A stretch of DNA of 64,000 bases, from positions 35,030,001-35,094,000 of the forward strand of contig CM060732.1 of assembly GCA_030704615.1 (NCBI GenBank), given 5' to 3'. The notes under the pieces were generated by a model that was given only the letters and a program-made list of their open reading frames with translations, had not been told where the DNA came from and ran no database searches. Source of the stretch: Takakia lepidozioides (taxonomy: Eukaryota > Plantae > Bryophyta). A program made the translations under genes and the position numbers. Of this stretch, positions 23,688-34,812 are shown piece after piece (the first letter of the stretch is position 1; every line of letters starts with the position of its first letter).

Positions 23688-24122
23688 TTGGGATAGTGGC
23701 AGTGGACATGACTGGAGGCAGCTAACAAGACATGGGAGGCCAAGCTCATAGGAGTCAAGACATGAGATCCCAAGCTCAAGTTCACAGGTTGCAAGACGGC
23801 GACTAACGATGGGGCAACTCTTGCACCCGGCCTCTTGATCTATCGAGTTCGAGTGTAGTAGAGATAGTGGTGGAGGACTTAGTGAGGCTATGGTCACTAT
23901 CACATCTTGTGGCTACCTGGACTTAGAGGGACCTAAGCACCAGCTAGGGGGGCGATTGTGTGGACTAGTGACTGTCATAGTGGGCAACATAGTGGCAGCC
24001 TAGTGACTGGCTAGTTGTAGCCTAGTGGTTGGACTAGTGGCTGGACTAGTGGTGGACTAGTGGTATACTAGTGTGTGGTGTGCACATTTGTTGTGTGGTT
24101 TTTGGACAACGATGTAGTTGTG

Positions 24123-24482
24123 TAGCGATATGTATGCGCACGACAGCTGTCAAGTTATTTTACCACTAGTGTGAAACTAGCTAGGAAATAGCTAGCTTTT
24201 ACATATTGACATTTGGGATTGGCCCAACTGTCAATCCAGGGGTCAAGGCAGATTTAGGCCCTGGAGTGGTTATCTTCACGGCAAGCGCGGAAGGCTCATC
24301 TTTCTCGAGTTGAGCCTCACCGCGCCTAGCTATGGCGCCGTAATGTGGATTCCCCATGGCGTGGGGTGCACTTGGCTTGACTTGTATTTGAGTGATGAGG
24401 TTATATATGCATGAGTTTATGCTTCAGATTTGTGAGCTTGTGTTTGTATTCTTCTTCTTTAGCGATATGTATGCGCACGACA
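24123..24482 (+). repeat. 3' terminal block B1(24123-24145)-GC-A2(24148-24461)-B2(24460-24482)
   Basis: B = TAGCGATATGTATGCGCACGACA, two identical copies. The B1/A2 junction forms the palindrome GACAGCTGTC. Confidence 0.92.
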
Positions 24483-24504
24483 TATGGAATAGGAGTATAG
24501 TATT

Positions 24505-24676
24505 ACATAACCGAGGTTTGGAGGCATTTTGCCTACGTGGTAGCGTTTAATTTGTTCTGGACAGGCCTGTCACCCGCCATAGCCCACCACCACCAGCTCT
24601 ACTACAACATTTGGATGACTGACAACCATCCTCAAGGATTGTTGTCATCCACCAACTCAAGAAACCTCGGTTATGT
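24505..24676. mobile_element. Small MITE-like element with 15-bp TIRs
   Basis: ACATAACCGAGGTTT (24505-24519) is the exact reverse complement of AAACCTCGGTTATGT (24662-24676). No clear TSD. Confidence 0.55.
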
Positions 24677-26189
24677 CCGGTAGACGGGAGCCGAGGCCGG
24701 GTCAGATTTTCATTGCTGAGTAGGCCAGCTACTCACTGTAACCAATGACCTTGCATACTACCTTCATACCTCTTTGGTAGGAAATTGGATGAAAGCAATG
24801 TTTGTGCCTTTGCATATCCAGTGCAAGCAGAAAGATCAATAACCGTAATCTGCTTTTCGCGTGATAGAATACCAAAATGATCAGAGCATTGGACAGAATT
24901 ACAGTGACTGCTCACATTATACTTAGTGAGAGGAAAATCTTTCAAAAGTATCCTCGCTATTAGGTGCTGAAAACAAGCCTGCCCCCCAAGGGAAAGGGGA
25001 GATGTGATAACACCCACCAAGGTAGCAGGATTTGAACCCAGAATCATCTCGGTGGCACTAGGCTGTGCACTACCCGGACTTTGATATATCCAAATGTTGA
25101 CATATTTGTGTTTCAATTCAAATAAAATAGATTATAATCACTTTTTATTGATTGTTATTATATTGGGCACAGTGATTTTATTTTATTTCCTTGGGGAATA
25201 CTGAATACCATAATGATGGTAGTACTCATAAGGAGGGTAGATCAAATTTACCTACGGGCATTCTGCGGCATTACTTCATAAATCAAACTCATACTACTAT
25301 TCAAATGTCCGTTTAAAGGTGGTGCATAATTTTCTCTTAAAAACATTGAAAGGGGAGGATGCCTTGGAAAGTCTTATTGAGGATTATTGAAGGGAAAAAA
25401 CATTTCATTATTTGTGCCACTCTAAAAAGTACCGATGTACCCAATGTAAGACCTAATTGTTCCATCACTCCTTGTAATTTGATGAAAAGAGCTTCCTTCC
25501 TTTTCTTTTCTTTTCTTTTCCTTTCTTTTATAAAATTATCTTGTAGAAGCGTAAGGAATTTTGGTGCCTTATATTTCTATCAAATAGTTCTAGGCGGCGG
25601 TACCTAGAGGATCTAATCCTGAAATGATGTGGAGGAATGTTTTTCATCCCTCTGCTTTACATCGAACAGGACAATACCTTGGTTGACTATCAATTTTTGC
25701 ATCCAAATGTTTGTTTGTGCATGGCTACACCTTATCCACTTTGGGTTCAACCTATACTTTGGGTGGGCTACCATCCATGATTTTATCATTCGTAGTATAT
25801 CCATAAAACTAGCTACCATAATTAGGTTAGAGTATTTTATTTATTTGTTTGATATATAGGTGAGAACATTTGGGAATCCAACCATTGAAATATGTGATTT
25901 CCCTGCTTTGCAAGTGTAGGTAATTTGTTGGGGTTCCATAAAGGCCACTTTGGCTGTCCAAGTGGTAATTGCAGCTTTTCTTTGCCAAACCTAGTTTTAT
26001 AATCCAAGACGGAAATACATGAAAAAAAATGACCATGAAAGAGGATGAAAAGATACATGCATACATTTATGATTTTAAAAATTAAATATGGAGGAGCCAG
26101 TATTCAGCTAGTAGTTGATTGTTATAGTATAAAAGTAAAGTATGATGCCTCCCGAAGGAAGCGTAACTTATGGAGTCACTTAACCCCGA

Positions 26190-26298
26190 AGGGCTACTGC
26201 CTTCCACTAGGAAGGTGGACACCTTCATGACACACCAGACCGTGGTTTGAACCCACAACCACATCCAACGTGGTATGTGCCCATTACCACTGGGCTAC
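26190..26298 (-). mobile_element. tRNA-derived SINE-like head
   Basis: Minus strand A-box-like TAGCCCAGTGG and B-box GGTTCAAACC (26244-26253). Does not fold as a complete tRNA by eye. Confidence 0.5.
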
Positions 26299-26799
26299 AT
26301 GCTGGTTGTCATTGTTATAGTAAAATAAGGTGAGTTTGATTTGTAAGCAAATTTTTTATTTGAAAGTATTATGTATTCAATTATTGTAGAAAGCTTTAAT
26401 GTTTTAACCGGTGTCGGTATGGTATGTGAAGTACTACGCACATGAGGGTGCACGCATGGCTCATCAGCCAGCGGATCAGCCCTGTGGGACCCAGCATATG
26501 TGGGGGGCGAACATCCGCCCTCACCACACACATGGGTGGATGAAATCCCACGATTCATCCACTAGGTGAACTCGGGCAAAATTCACCATAGCAATTTGGT
26601 CGTCTCTCTCCTCTCGACGGCACCCACGCCACTCCTCTTAGTAGAAAGCTTATTAGGGAGTGTTAAACCAGGTCTGAATAAAAGAGATTCATCATCTTTG
26701 CCACTTGTTACATATTACATATTGAAAAACCCACAAATCTGGTAGCATGAATTAGGTTCCTTGCAAAAAATGGAGAGGCTTTTCATTGGAAAGGTCATT

Positions 26800-29700
26800 G
26801 TGATATGGATGCTTATACATGTGACCTTAGGGAATTGTTTGATAGTCAAATCAAAGGCGAACCTATTTTGGGAGTGAAAGAGCACTCACTGCGATATCGA
26901 TACTTGCCGATTTTGGTGGCAATTTGTAGAAAGAAGAGAAGGCTTGCCCGCATATGGTGGAAGGTGTCGTGGCCCTTTGCCTTGAGGGCAGGGGGTCGGG
27001 ACGCAGAGGGGCTGCCCCTGTGGTGGGGGCGGTGGCAGCAATAGGTACGGGGGGCTGAAGCACCCTTGAGTGCCCAAGGCACTCAAGGAGGCGGAGGCAC
27101 TCACTAGGTGGAGCCCCGCACACCGGGTTGCGGTGGGGGTGGCATAGGACTCACCATGGGGCGGAGACCTTGTGGTGGGAGTCGTGGGGAGCCTTGGGAC
27201 TCACCACGGTCCAATGGGGCCGTGGTGGGTGGGCCAAGACTCACCGCTACTCATCACCGGAAATCAAGGGTCTTTGTGGTGGTTCGCCATAAAATGGTAT
27301 GGTTGTTTGTGAAACCCGCGCGGACAGTCACAGAAGTATATATAGGCAGTAGTAACCCCGATAACGGTGTAAGCCCGTTGGCGACCAAAAACTAGTGAGT
27401 AAGTGAGCGAGCCGGAAAGCGACCAAGGAGTGGGGAGCTATTCCGGACTGCCATCTACCAAAGGGAATTTCCACTAGGCCCAAATTGGTGGAGGGTCTGT
27501 TGGGAGAAGAAAGGGGGACCGTTATGTCCCGGTGAGCAGCCGAAGCTCCGAGTTGGCCCGGCGGCCAGGTTGGGAGTTAGGCACGCGCATCAAAGCGAGT
27601 AACTATGACTTGAAGGGGAGCTTACCGAAGTGAGGTGCGCGACACTTGGTATCGGAGCTTAGAGTTCAGTACGCGTTCGTCCTTGGGATCGGCCTCATCA
27701 TGGGGTCGGGCAAGCCAAAGCGAAAGCGGAACGGCCCGAAAGATGATGATCCTGGTGAGCCCGATGGGGGCGACGTGTCACCGAAGCGGCCATTTGAGGA
27801 AGCGATGCATGCTTTTGAAAACGAGGCCTCTCAAAAACGGGAGGAATCTGAGGAGTCGGAGCCCGAGGAATCCCTGAGAGCTCCGACAGACCAACAGATG
27901 TCTCCCATGCCAGCAGCCTTTTGGGAAGGGTTGTTGGCGCAGTTTGGCGGGACGTTGAAAGACGTGTTGAAGGCGGCTAATGCCACTTCCGCTAAGGCAA
28001 AGTTTAAGGTGAAGCCTAAGGAACCCAACACCTTCGAGGGCGTCCGAAATCAGAAGGCACTCAACACTTGGCTCTTGGAGCTAGAGCAGTACTTCCGGGC
28101 GGCCAAGTTGAGTGACGAGGATCGGGTGGAAGTGGCTCCCACCTATTTGAGGAGCTATGCTCAACAATGGTGGCAGAAACGCCTTCACGACTGAGGTCCA
28201 AACCCGGAATTCTTGAACTGGAGTGGGTTCAAGGAACTGATGAAGAGACAGTTTGTGCCCCTCAACGCGTCTTGGCTCGTCCGGGACAAGATGAGGAATC
28301 TGAAGCAAACGGATGACATTCGGGGATATGTTCAGGCTTTCAATGTGCTATTACTCGAAGTCGCAGACATGGCAGAACCAGAAACGGTCTTCAACTTTGT
28401 GGCGGGACTGGCCCCATGGGCCACACGGAAGTTGGAGGAGAAGCCACCTAAGACTTTGAACGAGGCAATTGAGAGGGCTGAATGTTTCTCGGATGTCCCT
28501 AGGGGCGAAAGACAAGGCCGTACGGAGCTGAACCACAAGAAGACCCGGTGGGAGGGTGACTCCTTTCGACTGGAAAAGAAGTGGGATAGGCCACGCGGTG
28601 ATAATGGCACGTGGAAATCGAAGGGAGGGCCTTCACACGCCAAGACGACACCCGGTGCTTCGAAAAGAAAATCAGGTGCGATGCCTTATGGCGGACAAAA
28701 GGTGATCTTCGATGGAGTGTGCTTCAATTGTGGGGAGCCCGGGCACATGGCCAAGAAGTGTACGAATCCCCGACAATTGAACTTGACTCGGGCAACCACG
28801 GAGTTGTCCGAAGCTTCCATCAGCCGCTTGGTGGAGGCGGTGGTCGCCAAGACTTGCAAGGTAGGCAACTACTCTTGTGAGTTGTATCAGGAAACTAGCG
28901 CCTTGCGTAAAGGGAGTTAGTTAATGTTGAGTGGGATAATTTCCGCAACTAAGGTGTCGTTGTTGGTGGACACTGGAGCGTCGCACTCCTTCATGACACC
29001 GGCAATGGCACGGAAGCTGGGACTCCCGACAAGTGATGTGGGGGCCTCTATTGAGATGCGTTATGCTAAATGAGAACAACAATTGACGACAAGGTTGGCG
29101 TTCGATGTTCCTCTTCAGCTTGGGAGTTGGGAGGGACGTGAAAACTTCACCATTTGCGAGATCGATGGAGTGGATCTCATTTTGGGGATGACCTTTTTGA
29201 GCAGATCCGGAGCGGTCATAGATGGCCGCAAGAGAGTAGTCACGCTACCGTGTGGGAATGGTGGCGAAGTTTTACGAGTGTCGGAAACGCCCAACCCCGT
29301 GGGAGGGCGAATAAACCTTCTGTCAGCAATGGAGTGGGCCGTGGAGGAGTCACACGAGCCCCAGTTTTTGCTTTATGTAAGACAAGTGAAGGGGAAGGCG
29401 ATGGGGAGCCGAGCCCAGATTGGATCAAGGGGATTTTGGAGAAATACCAGGATGTGATGCCGGAGGATTTACCAAGCGGCTTGCCACCGCGAAGGGGAGT
29501 TGACCACAAGATTGAGGTGATACCGGGATCGGAGCCGCCTGCCAAGGCGCCCTACCGGTTGAGCCACATAGAGTTGGTCGAGCTGAAGACTCAGCTCAAG
29601 GATCTAATGTCAAAGGGGTACATCAGGCCGAGTAAGTCACCTTACGGAGCCCCGGTGCTATTCGCAGACAAGAAGGATGGGACGCTGCGGATGTGTGTCG

Positions 29701-32700
29701 ACTATAGGGCTCTGAATAAGGTGACTATCAAGAACCGGTACCCTTTGCCAAGAATCGACGACCTCTTCGATCGGTTGGCAGGAGCGAAGTATTTCAGCCG
29801 GATCGATTTGCGCTCCGGCTACCATCAAATCCGAGTGGCGGAAGGAGATGAGGAGAAAACTGCATGTAGGACAAGATATGGTTCGTATGAGTTCTTGGTG
29901 ATGCCTTTTGGACTCACCAACGCACCCGTGACCTTTAGCACGCTGATAAACAGCCTTTTCTAGGAGTGGCTAGATGACTTTGTGATCGTGTACGTCGACG
30001 ACAACTTATCGTAGATTTGTATTGTGACACCACGAAGACCCTCGATTCTCGGTGATGAGTCGCGATGAGTCTTGACCCACCCACCACGGCCCCATTGGAC
30101 CGTAGTGAGTCCCAAGATTCCCCACGACTCCCACCACAAGGTCTCCGCCCCATGGTGAGTCCTATGTCACCCCCACTAAATCCCACTAAGCTACCACCAC
30201 CCCTTGTGGAGCCACCCCACCGCAACCGGTGTGCGGGGCTCCACCTAGTGAGTGCCTCCGCCTCCTTGAGTGCCTTGGGCACTCAAGGGTGCTTCAGCCC
30301 CCCGTACCTATTGCTACCACCGCCCCCCACCACAAGGGCAACCCCTCTGCGTCCCGACCCCCTGTCCTCAAGGCAAAGGGCCGCGACACACACCCCTACC
30401 AACAGGGAGTCGATGTCCTCATCGACTTGTCCATTTTGTAGAAACGAACATCCAAGTTGTGGCGTCCCACATCAAGGAGTTTGTTTCCGCACCATGGCGT
30501 CCCATGGCAAAGAACCAAACCCCACACTTGACTCTACTCTCCACTAGCTAGTTCGGCCGACTTCCTCCAAGTCTCGGCCAAGGGTGGAGCCTCTCAAGCT
30601 CCTCCCAGTGCACTCTTCTTGGCCCACTTCACGGCCAAGGAATGATCCTCCCCGATGATCGAATCGCCTTACTGCAACAACATTGCTTGCAACCGCTCAT
30701 GATGTCGCTTTTGACATCACCTTGAGCAAAGGTTCACCTTGAACCCTTTTTTGACTAGGAAAACCTTGAACCAACCGTGCGCCCCAATCACTACGATTGG
30801 GTCCGCCTTGGAATGCTGGCCTGAGGTACGGCAACACGCCGAAGCCGCACTACGACTTCGTCCCGAGGCTACACGATTATAGTACGTGAACGGAAGCACG
30901 TAGCTTCCGCGTTAGCCCGCACTACAAGGCAACCCCCTCGGTAGCGCAGTTATAGTACGCGCACGCGCCAGGTGCGCACTAGCACGTGAACTCCCAAAGA
31001 AGGCGCAAGTTTCCTTGCCCCTTGGATGGGAGTCACCCGATTTTGGCGCTGCGCAAACACACGATTAATCCAATTTACCTCTCCCACTTTTGTAAGCTAG
31101 CATTTTACACACTAGCCAACCATACCATGCATCACCATTCCAAATAAATAAGAGGCGCAACATTTGGAAACCATTTCATTTATAACAAAATTTGTACAAC
31201 ACAAGTTTTTGCAATCGGATTCATGAGCTAGCTAAGCCGGGCTAAGCATGCATTTCCTCCCCCACGATCCAAGGTTGATGTCCCCATCAACGCTTCTTCC
31301 GCTTTTGAGGTCGCCCTTCGAAAGCTGCAACCGCCTCGGATGCGTTTCCCATTTATGAGGCACTGTGCCTGCCTCAAACTTGACTTCCCTCCGCTTCCGA
31401 TTTGCCTGCCGTTCATACCGTTTCCCAGCTTTGGCGATGTTGTACTTTGCGAGCTTCAACAAGCGCTCGCGTTCCTCCAACACCGCTGCTGCTGCCGGTT
31501 CCTCAACGTCTTGGGCAGCCCAACTTGTCGGCACTAGAGGTGCTTTTCCATAGACCAATACGAAAGGGGAAACACCCGTTGCAGAGTGTTTTGTGTTATT
31601 ATAACAGAACTTTGCCGCGTCCAAGTGCTCCACCCAGTCCGATTGGTCCGCCGACACGTAATTCCGCAAGATCTGCTTCACCACGGAATTCACCCTTTTC
31701 GTTTGGCCGTCCATCGTAGGTCGGAAGGCAGTGCTCATCTTGAGCCTCGTCCCCATCTTCCTTCAAAGTGCCCTCCAAAATTTACTCGTAAACTTTGGAT
31801 CGCGGTCCGAGACAATATCCTTCGAGAGTCCATGATGCTTGAAGACGTGGGCGAAGTAAAGTCGCCCCGTCTCCTGTGCCGTTGCCGTCTCCTTGGTGGG
31901 GATGAAATGGCCCATTTACTGAACCTATCCACCACCACCACCATGATTGCATCGAATCCTTTTGATAGCGGCATAGCAGTCATGAAATCCATCGAGACAC
32001 TTTCCCAAGACCCCTCTGGAATCGGCAAGGGTTGTAACAGCCCCGCTTGCTTTTTGTACTCGCTCCGGTTTTGTTGGCATGTGGTGCATGTCTGACATAC
32101 TCCTCGGCCTCCTCCCTCAGTTTGGGCCAGAAATACTCTTTCTTCAAGAGTGTCGCGGTGCGCTTGGCTCCGCCGTGGCCCGCAAGCGGGCCATCATGAC
32201 ATTCTCTCAAGAGACTATCTCTGATCCCTTCCTTCGGCACGTAGAGACGTTTTTGCTTATACCGGAGCAGTCCATTTTGCAAATGGAACTGCGATTTAAT
32301 CCCCATCCTCAAGTCCCGCATCACGGACTTCGCCATCTCATCCTTCCGGTAAGCCTTCCGGATCTTCATTTGGGAGTGCCGTCTCGCCCCTGTACACCAA
32401 CATAAGCTGCTGCTTTCTACTTAAAGCATCGGCCACCACATTGTCTCGTCCCGGTTTGTACTGGATATCCACGTCGAAGACCACCAAAGTATCTTGTCAC
32501 CTAAGTTGTTTTGGGGATAATTTAGGCTGCGTGGCAAAATACTTCACCGTGATATTGTCCGTGAACACCTTCACCGGGTTGGAACCAACATAGTGGCGCC
32601 AAAGCTCAAGGCAATGCACCACCGCCTTCATTTCCTTCTCATGCGTAGGCCACCGTCGCTCTACTTCATTCAGTTTCTTACTTTCATAAGCCACTGGACG

Positions 32701-33755
32701 TCCATCCTTCATGAGTACACCCCTATGGCGAAGTCCGACGCATCCGTATGAATCTCAAATGGATGGTCGAACTCCGGGATTTTGAGGACTGGAGCTTCCG
32801 CCATCCGCTGCTTCAACTCGACAAAAGCTTGGCCACAAAAGGTGTTCCATACCCAAACTTTGGATTTACACAGAAGGTCTGACAGCGGCCCCGCGATCTT
32901 GGCGAAATTTCTCACATACTTCCGGTAATAGGAGGCGAGTCCTAGGAAGGATCGCACTCCCGGGATCGAAGTCAGAGGCTTCCAGTCCAAGATCGCTCTC
33001 ACCTTTCTGTCATCCATTTTGATCACATCCTGTGTAATCACATGCCCCAGGAACTCCACTTTTGTGACCCCGAATTCGCACTTTGAAGCTTTGGCATACA
33101 GTTTCCCTTCCCGCAATTTCCGGAACACCCTTTTGAGGTGCTCCAGGTGCTCCTCCTTTATTTTCGAGTATACCAAGATGGGGAAGAAAGGGGGACCGTT
33201 ATGTCCCGGTGAACAGCCGAAGCTCCGAGTTGGCCCGGCGTCCAGGTTGGGAGTTAGGCGCGCGCATCAAAGCGAGTAATTATGACTTGAAGGGGAGCTT
33301 ACCAAAGTGAGGTGCGCAACAGAAGGAGCCCAGACAGTACATGCACTGGGACTAGTTGATAGAAGCACAAGTTTGGCATATTATCCCTGAAGTCAGAGAC
33401 AAGAAATTTCTACAGAATTATAGAATGACCTATGAGGCTTTCAACAATTTGGTTGATGAGCTTATGCCACTTGTTAAGTCCACTACATTAAATTTTGTAA
33501 GACCACACTAGAGATCCGAAAGATTGTAGCAGTTGTTTCTTATCGATTCGCACATGGCATTTTCCCACCTATAATGGCAGATCGATTCAATGTTGGTCAA
33601 CCATACGCAAATATATTGACATTGTTTGTGTTGCTTTTACGACACCCGAATGTCTATTTAGCAAGTACATTGACACACCGACATGAGAAAGATTAACAAA
33701 ATAAAACATGTTTCAAGCAGATTACGGGGCTGCCTAACATCGTTGGTGCCATATA
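26800..33755 (+). mobile_element. PIF/Harbinger transposase relic split by the Gypsy insertion (parts about 26800-26964 and 33327-33755)
   Basis: RIWWK before the insertion. After it: NYRMTYEAFNNLVDELMPL, RKIVAVVSYRFAHG, ADRFNVG, ITGLPNIVGAI (HARBI1/ALP1-like N-terminal half). Confidence 0.75.
26965..33321 (+). mobile_element. Ty3/Gypsy (chromovirus-like) LTR retrotransposon, full length, with internal inversion
   Basis: 5' LTR 26965-27644 (TG...CA); Met-tRNA-type PBS TGGTATCGGAGC at 27647; gag from ATG 27700 with CFNCGEPGHMAKKC; protease LVDTGAS; [13 protein letters not shown]...YVDD; TSD GAAGG at 26960-26964 and 33322-33326. RH, INT, degraded chromodomain-like remnant and PPT lie on the minus strand in about 30027-33180. 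Confidence 0.93.
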
Positions 33756-33929
33756 CGTAAACATTGGCAGGAGCTGTGTGGTTTGGTGATAAAAACCTAG
33801 GGTTCGATCAGTAGAGAATAAAATACATTTTGATTTTCCTATGCTTTTGTTAGAAGATTTTTTGAATGGCTCCAGCATAATTATTTTCCACCATAGCACC
33901 ACACTACTCATGCCAGCTTGAAAAATAAG

Positions 33930-33985
33930 TATGTTAGCTCGGTAGGATGCCACCCAAGTGAGTGTGGGTTCAAACCCCGCTACCT
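33930..33985 (+). mobile_element. tRNA-like SINE head; related copy at 25021-25075 (-)
   Basis: Both share TGCCACC...GGGTTCAAA(C/T)CC(C/T)GCTACC with a B-box. Confidence 0.4.
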
Positions 33986-34130
33986 AGTTGTGTGTGGTAT
34001 TTAATTTATTATTATCTTCTCCCCCTCCCTTGGAGGTGTCCATGAGCTGTGTGCTTGGAGCCTCATGGCAAGGTTACTTAACAAGGCGTGAGATACACGG
34101 AGGCCCTGCCATTGTTTTATTGATATGAAT

Positions 34131-34457
34131 TGTAACATGTGCCCAACTAGGAACTAAAAACTTTCATGTTCCCATTAAGTATCATAGGAACAACCCATGA
34201 TATAAGGTTAAGGTCACTTTGACCAACTTGATGCGTAGTCCCTACCCTATGTGGCAGCATGAAGCGTAACATGTGCCCAATTGGGAACTAAAAAACTTTC
34301 ATGTTCCCATTAAGTCTCATGGGAACAACCCATGATATAAGGTTAAGGTCACTTTGGCCAACTTGATGCGTAGTCCCTACCCTATGTGGCAGCATGAAGT
34401 GTAACATGTGCCCAACTGGGAACTAAAACCTTTCATGTTCCCATTAAGTCTCATGGG
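34131..34457. repeat. ~135-bp tandem repeat, about 2.4 copies
   Basis: GTAACATGTGCCCAA...GGAACTAAAA recurs at about 34132, 34266 and 34401. Confidence 0.9.
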
Positions 34458-34746
34458 CTTGATATTATTATGATTAGCATAATAAAACCTGATGATGTCG
34501 AATCACCGCACCGCAACTCCTATTCTATTCTACTTAGCAGATACTATGTATTTTCAATTGTGTTTTCATGGACAACCCAAATGATGATATACAACATCCA
34601 ATATAAATACATAGATCATGTAAACTACATATTTATGCGACTTTCGAAGTCAATGCAATCGCTTACTTATGAAAATGGCTATTTTATATACGAAATAAAA
34701 TTTAAGTATAAAGAAGAGCGATAAATTGTAGATATATATATATATA

Positions 34747-34764
34747 TGGTGTCAAAAGACACCA
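34747..34764 (-). promoter_or_regulatory. 3'UTR stem-loop of protamine-like gene 2
   Basis: Identical to 12947-12964; 48 nt after the stop codon. Confidence 0.65.
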
Positions 34765-34812
34765 GGTTGTGTGATGTTGTGCTCAATGTTTAGCACCGGA
34801 CCGTCTTGGCCT

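Larger units (their letters stand above)
17926..23696 (+). pseudogene. Single gag-pol polyprotein of the Gypsy element (6 in-frame stops, 1 frameshift near 22633, internal deletion near 21228)
   Basis: ORFs 17926, 19345, 20740, 21322 and 22147 are all in one frame. Zinc knuckles CWTCGGPHVKNDC and CGHCGKHGHGEAQC; protease VLLDSGA; RT YIDD and LKLHPGKCKF; RNase H LHTDWS...YASR...TDHQPL; integrase HEELGH...CMVC, WSLDFAG, TDQGREF, VERVVQTVK. Confidence 0.92.
15489..24482 (+). mobile_element. Ty3/Gypsy retrotransposon with DNA methyltransferase domain and PHD finger; atypical terminal repeats
   Basis: TGTC...GACA termini. 314-bp direct repeat (15489-15802 / 24148-24461, about 5 mismatches). Domain order gag-PR-DNMT-RT-RH-INT-PHD. 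Possible 4-bp TSD CATG/TATG (one mismatch). Confidence 0.88.

Noticed and set aside
26190-26298. Functional tRNA gene
   Set aside because: A/B boxes present but no convincing anticodon arm or acceptor stem; treated as SINE-like.
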